Below the pieces are notes generated by a model. It was not told the DNA's origin and did not search any database. It was given only the letters and a program-made list of their open reading frames with translations. Below are positions 22,986 through 34,547 of a stretch of DNA of 64,000 nucleotides, piece by piece (position 1 is the first letter of the stretch; each line of letters starts with the position of its first letter). Origin of the DNA: an uncultured Actinomycetota bacterium (GTDB lineage: Bacteria > Actinomycetota > Actinomycetes > Propionibacteriales > Nocardioidaceae); NCBI GenBank assembly GCA_963761085.1, contig CAVXFQ010000003.1, positions 111,026-175,025 on the forward strand, written 5' to 3'. The position numbers and the translations under genes are program-made.

Positions 22986-24703
22986 TCAGGGCCGCCAGCG
23001 GTCTTGTCTCCCGCGCAGGAGATCCTCGTCGGCGCGCGCCACCCAGGCGGCGAAGGTCTCGTCGTCGCCCCGGTCGGCCAGGAAGTTGGTGACGACGCTG
23101 GTGACGTAGTCGTCGAGCCCCGCGCTGGTGACCTTGTGGGCGCGCAGCTTGCGGCCGAAGTTGGCCTGCAGGCCCGTGGCGCCACCGAGGTGCACCTGGA
23201 AGCCCTCGACCTGCCGGTCGCCGTCCATGACCAGCTGACCCTTCAGGCCGATGTCGGCGACCTGGGTGCGGGCGCAGGCGTTGGGGCAGCCGTTGACGTT
23301 GACCGTGATCGGGACGTCGAGGTCGGGGAAGCGGCGCTCGAGCTCGGCGACCAGGTCGCGGGCGCGGTTCTTGGTGTCGACGATGGCGAGCTTGCAGAAC
23401 TCGATGCCCGTGCAGGCCATCGTGTTGCGGCGCCAGGCGGAGGGCCGGGCGGACAGCCCGATCTCGTCGAGCCGTCGGACCAGCCCGTCGACGACCTCGG
23501 GCTCGACGCCGATCAGCACGATCTTCTGGTACGGCGTGAGGCGGGCGCCGGCGACGGCGTACTCCTGCATGAGGTCGGCCAGCCGGACCAGCAGGGTGCC
23601 GGACACCCGGCCGACGGTGGGCGCGACGCCGACGTAGAACCGGCCGTCCTGCTGGGCGTGCACGCCGATGTGGTCGCGGTGGCCCGACCGGGCGACCCGG
23701 GGGACTCGCACGAGACCAGGCGTCGGCCGAGGTACTCGTTCTCCAGGACCTCGCGGAACTTCGCGACGCCCCAGTCGGCGACCAGGAACTTCAGCCGAGC
23801 CCGGGAGCGCAGCCGGCGGTAGCCGTAGTCGCGGAAGACCGAGACCACGCCCTCCCAGACGTCGGCCACCTCGTCGACGGGGATCCAGACCCCGACCTTC
23901 TGGGCCAGCATCGGGTTGGTCGACAGCCCGCCGCCGACCCACAGGTCGAAGCCCGGGCCGTGCTCGGGGTGCACGGTGCCGACGAAGGACACGTCGTTGG
24001 TCTCGGGGGACACGTCGTGGCCGGGGTGCCCGGTCAGGGCGGTCTTGAACTTGCGCGGCAGGTTGGAGTACGCCGGGTTGCCGAGCGCCCGGCGGGCGAT
24101 CTCGTCGAGCGCGCTGGTGCCGTCGATGATCTCGTCGGCGGCGATGCCGGCGACGGGGGAGCCGAGGAACGGCCGCGGGGAGTCGCCGCAGGCCTCGAGG
24201 CTGGACAGGCCCGCCTCGTCGAGCCGCCGCCAGATCTCGGGCACGTCCTCGATCCGGATCCAGTGGTACTGGATGTTCTCCCGGTCGGTGACGTCGGCGG
24301 TGTCGCGCCCGAAGTCGACGCCGATGGTGCCGAGGGCCCGCACCGTCTCGTGGGAGAGCAGCCGGCCGTCGGAGCGCACCCGGAGCATGAAGAACTCGTC
24401 GTCGAGCTCCTCCTCCTCGAGCATCGCGGTCTTGCCACCGTCGAAGCCGGGCGCGCGCTGGGTGTAGAGGCCCATCCAGCGGAAGCGGCCGCGCAGGTCG
24501 GCGGGGTCGATCGAGTGGAAGCCGCGCTGGGAGTAGACGTGCAGGATCCGGTCGCGCACGTGCAGCGGGTCGTCGTCCTTCTTGGACTGCTCGTTCTTGT
24601 TCAGCGGCTCGGTGTAGCCGAGCGCCCACTGGCCCTCGCCGCGCTTGGGGCGAGGGATCTCCGTGCGCGTCGCCGGAGAGGCGGTGAAGCGGAGGTCAGA
24701 CAT
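22986..24703 (-). CDS. sirA: ferredoxin-dependent sulfite/nitrite reductase, frameshift near 23695
   Basis: RWMGLYTQR, NLPRKFK, ACTGIEFCKL, NGCPNAC. Confidence 0.93.
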
Positions 24704-24786
24704 GGGAGGTGGTCGGTCCTTGCTGTTCCGGGAGCCGAGAGCCACGCACGTCATCGGGGGCGGCGTCATCGGCGGGGGGTGGACGG

Positions 24787-24876
24787 TCAGCGGGGCCAAC
24801 AGATCATGCTGCGCGTCATCCCGAGGTCCACGTGGCGACGGACCACGAGATGGAGCTCGGTCGCGAGGCTGATCAT
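24787..24876 (-). CDS. leader peptide MISLATELHLVVRRHVDLGMTRSMICWPR (attenuator uORF of the sirA operon)
   Basis: hand-translated 29-aa ORF with RRHVD motif and Cys near the C-terminus, 83 nt upstream of sirA. Confidence 0.8.
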   Translation of the reverse strand: MISLATELHLVVRRHVDLGMTRSMICWPR

Positions 24877-24883
24877 GGAGCCA

Positions 24884-24955
24884 GTCTCAGCGGGTGGACC
24901 CCCCTTCCACAAACCCGAATCTCGTTTGGTGAGACAATCGACCGACATGTGAGAC
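24884..24955. promoter_or_regulatory. putative IclR/NdgR-type operator boxes
   Basis: gtctcagcgggtggac (24884), TCTCGtttggTGAGA (24920) and gaccgacatgtgagac (24940) imperfect palindromes. Confidence 0.45.
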
Positions 24956-25015
24956 GCTGGCGGATCCGAATGAACGCATCGCGGCGCCGATCCGCGGAGG
25001 TTCTAGGCTGCGGGC

Positions 25016-26477
25016 ATGAGCGAGACGCCGACCGCCGACACCGTCGCCAAGACCGCCTCCACCGCGTACGACGCGGCGCTCGAGGTGATCGCCACCGTCG
25101 AGCCCCGGATCGCCGAGGCCACCCGCCAGGAGCTGGCCGACCAGCGCAGGTCGCTGAAGCTGATCGCGAGCGAGAACTACGCCTCGCCGGCCGTGCTGCT
25201 GACCATGGGCACGTGGTTCTCCGACAAGTACGCCGAGGGCACGGTCGGCCACCGCTTCTACGCCGGCTGCCAGAACGTCGACACCGTGGAGGCGATCGCG
25301 GCCGAGCACGCCCGCGAGCTGTTCGGCGCGCCGTACGCCTATGTGCAGCCGCACTCCGGCATCGACGCCAACCTGGTCGCCTTCTGGTCGATCCTGGCCC
25401 ACCACGTCGAGACGCCGGCGCTGGAGCGGCTCGGCGCGAAGAACGTCAACGAGCTCTCGCGAGGCCGACTGGGAGAGCCTGCGGCACGAGTTCGGCAACC
25501 AGCGGCTGCTGGGCATGTCGCTCGACGCCGGCGGCCACCTGACCCACGGCTTCCGGCCCAACATCAGCGGCAAGATGTTCCACCAGCAGCAGTACGGCAC
25601 CGACCCCGAGACCGGCCTGCTCGACTACGACGTGGTGCGGGCCAAGGCCCAGGAGTTCAAGCCGCTGGTGCTGATCGCCGGCTACTCGGCGTACCCCCGC
25701 CGGGTGAACTTCGCCAAGATGCGCGAGATCGCCGACGAGGTCGGCGCCACGCTGATGGTCGACATGGCCCACTTCGCCGGCCTGGTCGCGGGCAAGGTCT
25801 TCACCGGCGACGAGGACCCGGTGCCGTTCGCCCACGTCACCACGACGACCACCCACAAGTCGCTGCGTGGCCCGCGCGGCGGCATGGTGCTGGCGCAGGA
25901 GGACTACGCCGCCGACGTCGACCGCGGCTGCCCGATGGTGCTCGGCGGCCCGCTCTCGCACGTGATGGCGGCCAAGGCGGTGGCGCTCGCCGAGGCGCGG
26001 CAGCCGTCGTTCCAGACCTACGCCCAGGCGATCGCCGACAACGCGAAGTCCTTGGCGGAGGGGTTCCTCACCCGCGACGCCACGCTGGTCACCGGCGGCA
26101 CCGACAACCACATCGTGCTGCTCGACGTCTCGTCGTTCGGGCTGACCGGCCGCCAGGCCGAGTCGGCCCTGCTCGACGCGGGCGTGGTCACCAACCGCAA
26201 CTCGGTCCCGGCCGACCCCAACGGCGCGTGGTACACCTCCGGCGTCCGTCTCGGTACGCCGGCGCTCACCACCCGCGGGTTCGGTGCCGCCGAGTTCGAC
26301 AAGGTCGCCGAGCTCATGGTCGACGTGCTGTCGAACACCCAGCCCGGCACCACCAAGGCCGGCACCCCGTCGAAGGCGTCCTACGTCCTCGCCGACGGTG
26401 TCGCCGACCGGGTCAGGGCCGCCAGCGCCGAGCTGCTCGACGCCCACCCCCTCTACCCGGGACTCGACCTCGCCTGA
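25016..26477 (+). CDS. glyA: serine hydroxymethyltransferase, frameshift near 25460
   Basis: [56 protein letters not shown]. Confidence 0.96.
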
Positions 26478-26483
26478 CGTCCG

Positions 26484-28135
26484 CTAGACGACGGGCGTGG
26501 CGCGCTCCAGGATCGCTGGCGCAGGTCGGCGGTCGACGAGGTGAGCGTGCCGTAGGTGCCGTCGTACGACGTGCCCAGACGCGAGCCGCAGAAGGCGTCG
26601 GCGACCTCGGGGGGCGCGAAGCGCACCAGCAGGGCGCCCTGGAGACAGGCGGCCATCCGGCCGGCCAGCCGTCGGGCGCCGACCTCGAGGGTGCCGGTGT
26701 CGCCGAGCAGCGCCAGCGTGTCCTCGACGGCGCGATCGAGCCGGGCGTCGCCGCCGCGGGCGTGCCCGACCTCGGTGATCCAGGCGCTCAGCGCCTCGGG
26801 CTCGCGTGACAGCGCGCGGAGCACGTCGAGCGCGTTGACGTTGCCCGAGCCCTCCCACACGGAGTTCAGCGGCGCCTCCCGGTAGCGCAGGGGGAGCCCC
26901 GAGTCCTCGACGTAGCCGTTGCCGCCGAGGCACTCCAGCGCTTCGGCCACGAAGCCGGGCGTGCGCTTGCAGACCCAGAACTTCGCCAGTGGCAGCGCGA
27001 TCCGGCGCAGCGCCGCCTCGTGCGGGTCGCCCAGCGGCGTCGACCGCGGCCGCGAGGCGGACGGCGAGCGCGGTGGCCGCCTCGGCCTCGACCGCGAGGT
27101 CGGCGACGACGTTCTGCATGAGCGGCTTGTCGGCCAGCAGCCCGCCGAACGCGGACCGGTGGGCGACGTGCCACGACGCCTCGTTGAGGGTGTGCCGCAT
27201 CAGGGAGGTCGACCCGAGCACGCAGTCGAGCCGGGTCGCCGCGACCATCTCGATGATCGTGCGCACCCCGCGGCCCTCGTCGCCGAGCCGCACCGCCGAG
27301 CGTGCCGTCGAGCTCCAGCTCCGACGACGCGTTGGCGCGGTTGCCGAGCTTGTCCTTGAGCCGGACGACGTCGAGCGGGTTGCGCGTGCCGTCGGGCAGG
27401 ACGCGGGGGAGCAGGAAGCAGGTCAGCCCGCCGGGAGCCTGCGCGAGCACCAGGAACACGTCGTTCATCGGCGCCGAGGTGAACCACTTGTGCCCGTGCA
27501 GGGTGTACTCGCCGTCGACCGACGTGGGCCGCGCCTCGGTGACGTTGGCGCGGACGTCGGAGCCGCCCTGCTTCTCGGTCATGCCCATGCCGGCGAGGGC
27601 GCCGCGCTTCTGGGCGACCGGCCGCAGCCCCGGGTCGTAGGACGTCGAGGCCAGCGCCGGGGTCCACTCCTTGGCCAGCGCCTCGTCGACCCGCAGCGCC
27701 GGGACCGCGGCGTAGGTCATCGAGATCGGGCAGCCGTGGCCCGGATCGGTGTGGGACCAGGCCATGAACCCCGCCGCCCGGCGTACGTGGGCGTGGGGCG
27801 CGCCGGCGTCCTGCTGCTCCCAGGGCGCGGCCTGGAGGCCGTGCCCGACGGCGCGTTCCATCAGCCAGTGCCACGACGGGTGGAACACCACCTCGTCGAC
27901 CCGGTTGCCCCAGCGGTCGTAGGGCCTCAGCTCCGGCTCGTGGCGGTTGGCCAGCCGGCCGTGCTCGCGGGCCTCGGCGGTGCCGGCCGCGGCGCCGAGC
28001 GACGAGGAGGTCGTCGACGACCTCGGGACCGGCGTGCCGGGTGACCGCCTCGACCAGCGCGGCGTCGGCCGTGACGACGTTGTGACCTTCGAGTGGCGGC
28101 GCCTGGTTGTGGGCTACCCGGCTGCGGCTGGTCAT
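26484..28135 (-). CDS. aidB: AidB-like acyl-CoA dehydrogenase, frameshifted
   Basis: [49 protein letters not shown]. Confidence 0.88.
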
Positions 28136-28153
28136 GTGGCTACGGTAGAGCCC

Positions 28154-29158
28154 ATGTCGGGACCCGAGCCTTCGCGGTCCGCGGAGGCCGCTGGGAGCGC
28201 GGGGTTCACCTGGCCCGCCTGGGTCCTGCGGACGCGAGAGACCGGCTGGCGGATCATCGTCTCGACCGTCGGGTCCTCGATGCGCTACCGCGTCACCGGG
28301 CTGGCCGCGGAGGCGGCGTTCTTCACCGTGCTGTCGGTGCCCGCCGCTGATCTTCGCCCTGGCCGGCGCCATCGGCTACGTCACGCAGTCGTTCAGCCCC
28401 GACCAGGTCGACCACGTCCGCACGGCGCTCCTCGACCTCGCCTCGCCGGTTCCTGACCGACTCCGCGGTGACCAACGTGATCCAGCCGACCATCGACGAC
28501 GTCCTCAGGGGCGGCCGGTTCGACGTGATCTCGGTGGGGTTCGTGCTGGCCCTCTGGTCGGGGTCACGCGCGATGCACGTCTTCGTCGACACCATCACGA
28601 TCATGCACGGGCTCAGCGGTCACCGCGGGATCGTGAAGACCCGTGCCCTGTCGTTCAGCCTCTACCTGCTGGCGATCGTCACCGGCGTGGTGGCGCTGCC
28701 GCTGGTCGTGGCCGGCCCGCGGCTGGTGCACCGCTGGCTCCCGGACCGCGCCGACTTCCTGGTCGGCTTCTACTGGCCGGTCGTGCTGGTGCTCTGCATC
28801 TGCTTCCTGGCCACGCTCTACCACGTCTCGATCCCGGTGCGGACCAAGTGGCGGATCAACCTCCCGGGTGCGACGTTCGCTCTGGGCGTGTGGGTGCTGG
28901 GCAGCTTCGTGCTGCGCGGCTTCCTGACCGTGACGGCCGCGGACTCGCGCTCGATCTACGGCCCGCTCGCGGCGCCGATCGCCATCCTGCTCTGGCTCTA
29001 CATCCTCTCGATCGCCGTCCTGGTCGGCGCGGCCCTCAACGCCGCGTTCGACACGGTCTTCCCCCAGCAGCAGACCGCGAAGGCCCGTTCGGAGCTCGTC
29101 GCAGCGGCTGCGGCAGCGGCGTGCACGGGACGACGAGCCGGACGACCCGGTGCAGTAG
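28154..29158 (+). CDS. YihY/BrkB family membrane protein, frameshifted
   Basis: GLAAEAAFF, ALWSGSR, SIYGPLAAPIAILLWLY. Confidence 0.87.
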
Positions 29159-29167
29159 GTTCCCCTC

Positions 29168-30258
29168 GTGCCCGTCCGATCCCGAGCAGACCAGCTCCGG
29201 GTACGTCGTCCTGCCCGAGCACGACCGCTCGCCCTGGTGGGTGCTCGGCCGCCGGCTCCTGCTCGGGCTGGCGATCATCACGTTCACCGTGCTGCTGGTG
29301 TGGTTCGACCGCTGGGGCTACCGCGACAACAACGACCCGCCGCTGCACCACGTCAACCTGGTCGACGCGATCTACTACTCGACCGTCACGCTCAGCACTA
29401 CGGGATACGGCGACATCACGCCGGTCTCCGCGGGCGCTCGGCTGACCAACGCCTTCGTGATCACACCGCTGCGCATCGCCTTCCTGGTGCTGCTGATCGG
29501 TACGACGCTGGAGGTGCTGGCCACCCAGGGTCGGCGCATGTTCCGGATCTCCCGTTGGAGGAACAAGATGTCCGAGCACGTCGTCATCGTCGGCTACGGC
29601 ACCAAGGGCCGCAGCGCGGTCGACACCCTCGTCAACAACGGCATCGAGCGCGACCAGATCGTCGTGGTCGACAAGGGCGGCCAGGCCGTCTCCGACGCCC
29701 ACGAGGACGGGCTGGCCATCGTGACCGGCGACGCGACGCGACGCGAGGTGCTGCAGCGGGCCGGGGTCGAGGAGGCCCAGCAGGTCATCATCACCACCGA
29801 CCGCGACGACTCCAACGTGCTGGCGACGCTGACCGTGCGTCAGCTGAACGCCGACGCCTGGATCGTGGCTTCGGTGCGCGAGCACGAGAACGCGCCGCTG
29901 ATGAAGCAGTCGGGCGCCAACTCGGTGATCACGTCGTCCGACGCCGTCGGCCGGCTGCTCGGGCTGTCGTCGCTCTCACCGACGCTCGGCACGGTGATGG
30001 AGGACCTGCTGACCTACGGCGAGGGGCTCGAGGTCGCCGAGCGCGAGCTGCTGGTCTCCGAGGTGGGGCAGCAGCCCCGCAGCCCTGCCCGACCAGGTGA
30101 TCGCGGTCGTCCGCGACGAGAACGTCTACCGCTACTTCGACCCCACGGTCACCCAGCTGGCCCGCGGCGACCGGCTGATCGTCGTACGCCCTGCCAAGGA
30201 GCTGCCGTGGGCGCCCCGGCCGGGCACCCACGGCGAGGAGACCGACGCCGACGACTGA
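29168..30258 (+). CDS. potassium channel with TrkA/RCK domain, frameshift near 30080
   Basis: TLSTTGYGD selectivity filter; VGYGTKG Rossmann motif; GDAT. Confidence 0.92.
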
Positions 30259-30261
30259 GGG

Positions 30262-30950
30262 TCAGCGCTCGGCGACCGCCAGGGCCTGCCGCAGCGTCTC
30301 TGCCGTCGCCTGCCGACCGCTGTCGGCCGGCGGCGGGAAGGCGCCCGAGATGTCGGAGTTGTAGGGACGGCCGTAGGCCGGCGTGCCGACGTCGAAGCGC
30401 CAGCTGTCCGCGAGCGAGCCGGCGTCGTAGGCGTCGTAGCCCAGGGTGTCGATGAAGGCGGCCACCGAGGCCTTCGCCTCGGCGTCGTCGCCGGCGATCG
30501 GCAGCACCGACCGGTCGGCGCTGCCGGCGGGCCGCTGGAGCGAGCCCAGGTGGAGGAAGTTGATGTTGTTGAAGCCCTTGACGAGCCGGGTCTCGGGGAG
30601 CAGCGACTGCACCAGCTCGCTCGTGGTCATGGTCCGGTCGTCCAGGACCGTGATCCGCCCGTCGCGCTGGGGGTAGTAGTTGGAGGTGTCGATGACGATC
30701 TTCCCGGCGAGCAGGGGGCCGGCACCTGGTCGACCGCGACGAGGGGGACGGTCACGACGACGAGGTCGCCGGCCTTGGCCGCCTCGTCGGCCGTGGCCGC
30801 CCGGGCGTGCGGACCGAGGTCGTCGACCAGGTCCTGCAGCGTCTCGGGGCCGCGACTGTTGCTGAGGACGACGTCGTGGCCGGCGGCGACCGCCAGTCGT
30901 GCCAACGTGCTGCCGATGTGTCCGCTGCCGATGAGTCCGAGGGTGGTCAT
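30262..30950 (-). CDS. NADP oxidoreductase (F420-dependent family), frameshift near 30720
   Basis: IGSGHIG, SNSRGPE, IDTSNYYPQRDG, VKGFN, AGDDAEAK. Confidence 0.88.
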
Positions 30951-31548
30951 GAGGGGCCAACGGGCCTGCCGCCGGCTTCATTCCGGCACGGGACCCGGGC
31001 ACCGGGTCCGGGCATGACTCAGCCGGTTCGAGTCGCTTGGTCCCCGTAGCATGTTGGGCCCGCATCCACGGAAGGCGTCTCGAACCGGCTTGGCCACGAG
31101 CGTAGGCAGCCGACCGCGCTTCCGACCCGGGCCGAAGGTCCCGAAGTGGGCGGGACGCAGGGGCCCGTGCCGCCGTACGCCGGGTCCGGACGCGCGAACG
31201 CGCCCCGGCTCGGCCCGAGTGGCGGGGCGCGTTCTCCCGGACGGGGAGTCCGGGGCGCTGACGGTGCCCGGTGGGGCGCGCCGCGAGCGCCCAGTCTCGC
31301 GGGTGCGGCCGGGGGAGAACTCACCCCTCCGGGGGAGCACGCGTGGTCCGGCTGGGGACTGGGCGACGGAGGCAGGCAGCGGCCACCTCGAAATCGGTGG
31401 AGCCCCACTGCCACGGGGGTGCAAGTGGGGCTCCGGAGCCCCCCGAAGGCTCACACGCGGACGCCCGCTGCATGGGGTTGGGGCGTCGTCGCGCGGGCCC
31501 AAAATAAGGCGTCGACCACGTCACCGACCATCGCCGGATCGGGCCACG

Positions 31549-31608
31549 GGTCGACAAGCAACACCTTCGACGCGTCCCGCCGGTGTTACCCCCCTGTGGC
31601 GGGACGCG
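31549..31608 (+). repeat. hairpin element with C6 loop, copy 1
   Basis: GGTCGA-N12-TCGAC followed by an 11-bp stem cgcgtcccgcc/ggcgggacgcg around ggtgttacccccctgt. Confidence 0.6.
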
Positions 31609-31912
31609 CCTACCCGAAGACGTACGCACCGGCTGCCGGGACCCGGAGGCCGGAGCGCTGACGCCTCGCAACATACTCCCGGTCCCGAGCGGCAGGAAGG
31701 CGCAGAACCTTCACCCCCGTGGCTGCCGAGTCGCGCGGGGGCACGGTGTCGCGTGCTGCCGGATTGAGCCGACCTATGCCCACGGACCTCGCGCTGGAGG
31801 ATCCGACAACCTTCGAGCCCGAGCCTCGTGTGATCCGATGAGTCATGGGCTGGTGGCCCGCCCTACCGTGTGCGGCATCGGCAACGCCCAGGCGGCACGA
31901 AAGAGGTATGCG

Positions 31913-33511
31913 ATGAGGACCACCCACCAGAGGGCCGTGCTCGGGCTCACTCTCGCGCTGGCAGGCGGCGCCCTCGTCGCCTGTGGCAGCGGCAGCAGCA
32001 GCGGCTCGTCCGGCGGGACGACCAGCTACGCCGACGGCAAGACGTTCACCCTGGCTCTCGGGTCCGACCCCGGCGCCCTCGACCCCCAGGGCGCTGCCGG
32101 CAGCGCGCTCCTCCAGCTCAGCGCGTTCGCCTACGACACACTCGTGGCCGTCGACGCCAAGACCGGCGACATCCAGTCGCAGCTCGCCAGGTCCTGGAAG
32201 GTCAACGGCAAGACCGTGACCTTCGAGCTCGGCTCGGGCATCACCTGCTCCGACGGCTCGGCCTTCAACGCCCAGACCGTCGTCGACAACATCTCCTACG
32301 TCGAGAACCCGAAGAACAAGAGCCCCTTCCTCGGGGTCTTCATCCCAGCCGGCGCCACGGCGAAGGCGTCCGGCTCGACGGTCACCGTCACGCTGCCCGC
32401 CGCGTCGCCGTTCGTGCTGAACTCGATGTCCAACCTCCCGATGGTCTGCGAGTCGGGGATGAAGAACCGGGCCAGCCTGAAGAACCAGACTGCCGGCACG
32501 GGTCCGTTCGTGCTCACCAAGGCCACTCCCGGCGTGGAGTACAGCTACAAGGTCCGTGACGGCTACACGTGGGGCCCGGACGGCGCCACCACCGCGGAGA
32601 AGGGCGTGCCTGCCGCGATCGACGTGAAGGTCGTCGCCAACGAGACGACCGGCGCCAACGAGGTCCTGTCGGGAGCGATCAACGCCCTGCAGGTGATCGG
32701 GCCGGACGCCGCCCGGTTGAAGAGCGCCGGCATCCCGTCGGTCGACACCACCATCGTGATCGGTGAGCAGTGGTACAACCACCAGTCCGGCCACCTGACC
32801 AAGGACCCCGCGGTGCGGATGGCCCTGACCCAGGGCGTTGACTACAACGAGGTCGCGAAGGTGCTGACCTCCGGCAAGGGCACGGCGGCCACCCAGCTGG
32901 CCGCCCAGCCGCCGACGGGCTGCACCGGCAACTCGGTGAGCGGCAACGTCCCGGCCTTCGACGCGAGTGCCGCCGAGGCCGCGCTCGACGCCGACGGTTG
33001 GAAGGTGGGTGCCGGAGGCATCCGCACCAAGGGCGGCAAGAAGCTCACGCTGACCTTCCTCCACGACAGCGCGCTGGGCACCGGCGGCAGTGCCGCGGCC
33101 GAGCTCGTGGTCTCCCGGTGGAAGACGATCGGCGTCGACGTCACCTCCAAGGAGCTGTCCACGACCCAGATGTCGGCGCCGCTGTTCGGCACCGGCGACT
33201 GGGACATCGCCTGGGAGCCGATCAACGTGAACACGCCCGACCAGCTGGTGCCCATCCTCTCGGGTGCCACGCCGCCCAACGGGACCAACTTCTCCTTCCT
33301 CGACAACGCCGACTACTCGGCCGGCGTCGCCAAGGCCGTCAAGCAGACCGGTGCAGCGGGCTGCCCCGACTGGCTGGGCGCGGAGTCCAGCCTGTTCAAG
33401 GCCGCGGACATGGTGCCCTTCGCGAACAACCTGATCCCGACCTTCGCCAAGGGAGCGACGTTCGAGATCGGTGCCGAGCTGGTGCCGACCAGCATCCGGA
33501 TGCTGGGCTGA
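31913..33511 (+). CDS. peptide ABC transporter substrate-binding lipoprotein (family 5)
   Basis: lipobox LVAC; DPGALDP, LARSW, GTGPF, VRMAL. Confidence 0.92.
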   Translation: MRTTHQRAVLGLTLALAGGALVACGSGSSSGSSGGTTSYADGKTFTLALGSDPGALDPQGAAGSALLQLSAFAYDTLVAVDAKTGDIQSQLARSWKVNGKTVTFELGSGITCSDGSAFNAQTVVDNISYVENPKNKSPFLGVFIPAGATAKASGSTVTVTLPAASPFVLNSMSNLPMVCESGMKNRASLKNQTAGTGPFVLTKATPGVEYSYKVRDGYTWGPDGATTAEKGVPAAIDVKVVANETTGANEVLSGAINALQVIGPDAARLKSAGIPSVDTTIVIGEQWYNHQSGHLTKDPAVRMALTQGVDYNEVAKVLTSGKGTAATQLAAQPPTGCTGNSVSGNVPAFDASAAEAALDADGWKVGAGGIRTKGGKKLTLTFLHDSALGTGGSAAAELVVSRWKTIGVDVTSKELSTTQMSAPLFGTGDWDIAWEPINVNTPDQLVPILSGATPPNGTNFSFLDNADYSAGVAKAVKQTGAAGCPDWLGAESSLFKAADMVPFANNLIPTFAKGATFEIGAELVPTSIRMLG

Positions 33512-33548
33512 CCCGGCGCCGTACCCGCACCCGACTCGGAAAGCCCGC

Positions 33549-34547
33549 ATGACCTCGACACCAGCAGACGTCCCGCTCCGAGCGCGCCTGGCGCTCCCCG
33601 GCGGACGGTGGACCCGGTTCGCCATCCGCCGGGCGGGACGGCTGCTGGTGTCGTTGTGGGTGGTGGTCACCGCATCGTTCTTGATGATCCACCTCGTGCC
33701 CGGCGACCCCGTCCGGGCGGCGCTCGGGCCCACGGCCCCGGCCTCGCTCGTCGCCGAGAAGCGGGCGTCACTCGGTCTCGACGACCCGATGCTCACGCAG
33801 TACCTCCGCTACCTGCGCGGGGTCCTCACCGGTGACCTCGGCAGCTCCATCGGCACCCAGCTCCCGGTCCGGGAGATCATCGCCCAGCGTCTCCCCGCGA
33901 CTGCGGAGCTGGCCGGGATGTCCTTCCTGTTGGCGGTCTGCATCGCCATCCCGATCGGCGTCGGCGTCGCGGTGATGACCCGTCGCGGCCGACGTCGCCG
34001 TACGGAGCTGGCGTTCGCGGGCTCGAGCGTCGTCCTCGGTGCGATCCCGGACTTCCTCATCGGGGTCGGGCTCGTCTACGTCTTCGCGGTCACGCTGCAG
34101 TGGCTTCCGGTCGCCGGCAACGACACGGCCACCTCCTACATCCTCCCGGTGGTCGCCCTCGCCCTCGGTGCGTCGGCCATCCTCGCCCGGATCGTGCGCG
34201 TCGAGACGCTGGCCGTGCTCGAGACCGACTACATCCGTACGGCGCGCGCGAAACGCCTGCCGACGTGGCGGATCAACCTGGTGCACGCACTGCCCAACGC
34301 GGTCACGGCCACCCTCACCATCGGCGGGCTGCTGCTGAGCTCGCTGATCGCCGGCACGGTCCTGGTCGAGAACGTGTTCGCGTGGCCGGGTCTCGGCAGC
34401 ACGATCGTGTCGTCGATCGTCTCCAAGGACTATCCCGTCGTGCAGGGCATCGTCCTCGTGTACGGCGTGCTGGTCCTGGTGATCAACACGCTCGTCGACG
34501 TCGCCATCGCCGTCCTCGACCCGCGCTCCACGATCGGGGACTCGTGA
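33549..34547 (+). CDS. peptide ABC permease (DppB/OppB-like)
   Basis: LVPGDP, GDLGSS, DYIRTARAK, VENVFAWPGLG, DYPVVQG. Confidence 0.93.
   Translation: MTSTPADVPLRARLALPGGRWTRFAIRRAGRLLVSLWVVVTASFLMIHLVPGDPVRAALGPTAPASLVAEKRASLGLDDPMLTQYLRYLRGVLTGDLGSSIGTQLPVREIIAQRLPATAELAGMSFLLAVCIAIPIGVGVAVMTRRGRRRRTELAFAGSSVVLGAIPDFLIGVGLVYVFAVTLQWLPVAGNDTATSYILPVVALALGASAILARIVRVETLAVLETDYIRTARAKRLPTWRINLVHALPNAVTATLTIGGLLLSSLIAGTVLVENVFAWPGLGSTIVSSIVSKDYPVVQGIVLVYGVLVLVINTLVDVAIAVLDPRSTIGDS

Noticed and set aside
24956-25015. ZTP riboswitch upstream of glyA
   Set aside because: TAGGCT -10 lies 6 nt before the ATG, leaving no leader.
31017-31040. tRNA T-loop-like GGTTCGAGTC
   Set aside because: No T-stem pairing or cloverleaf.
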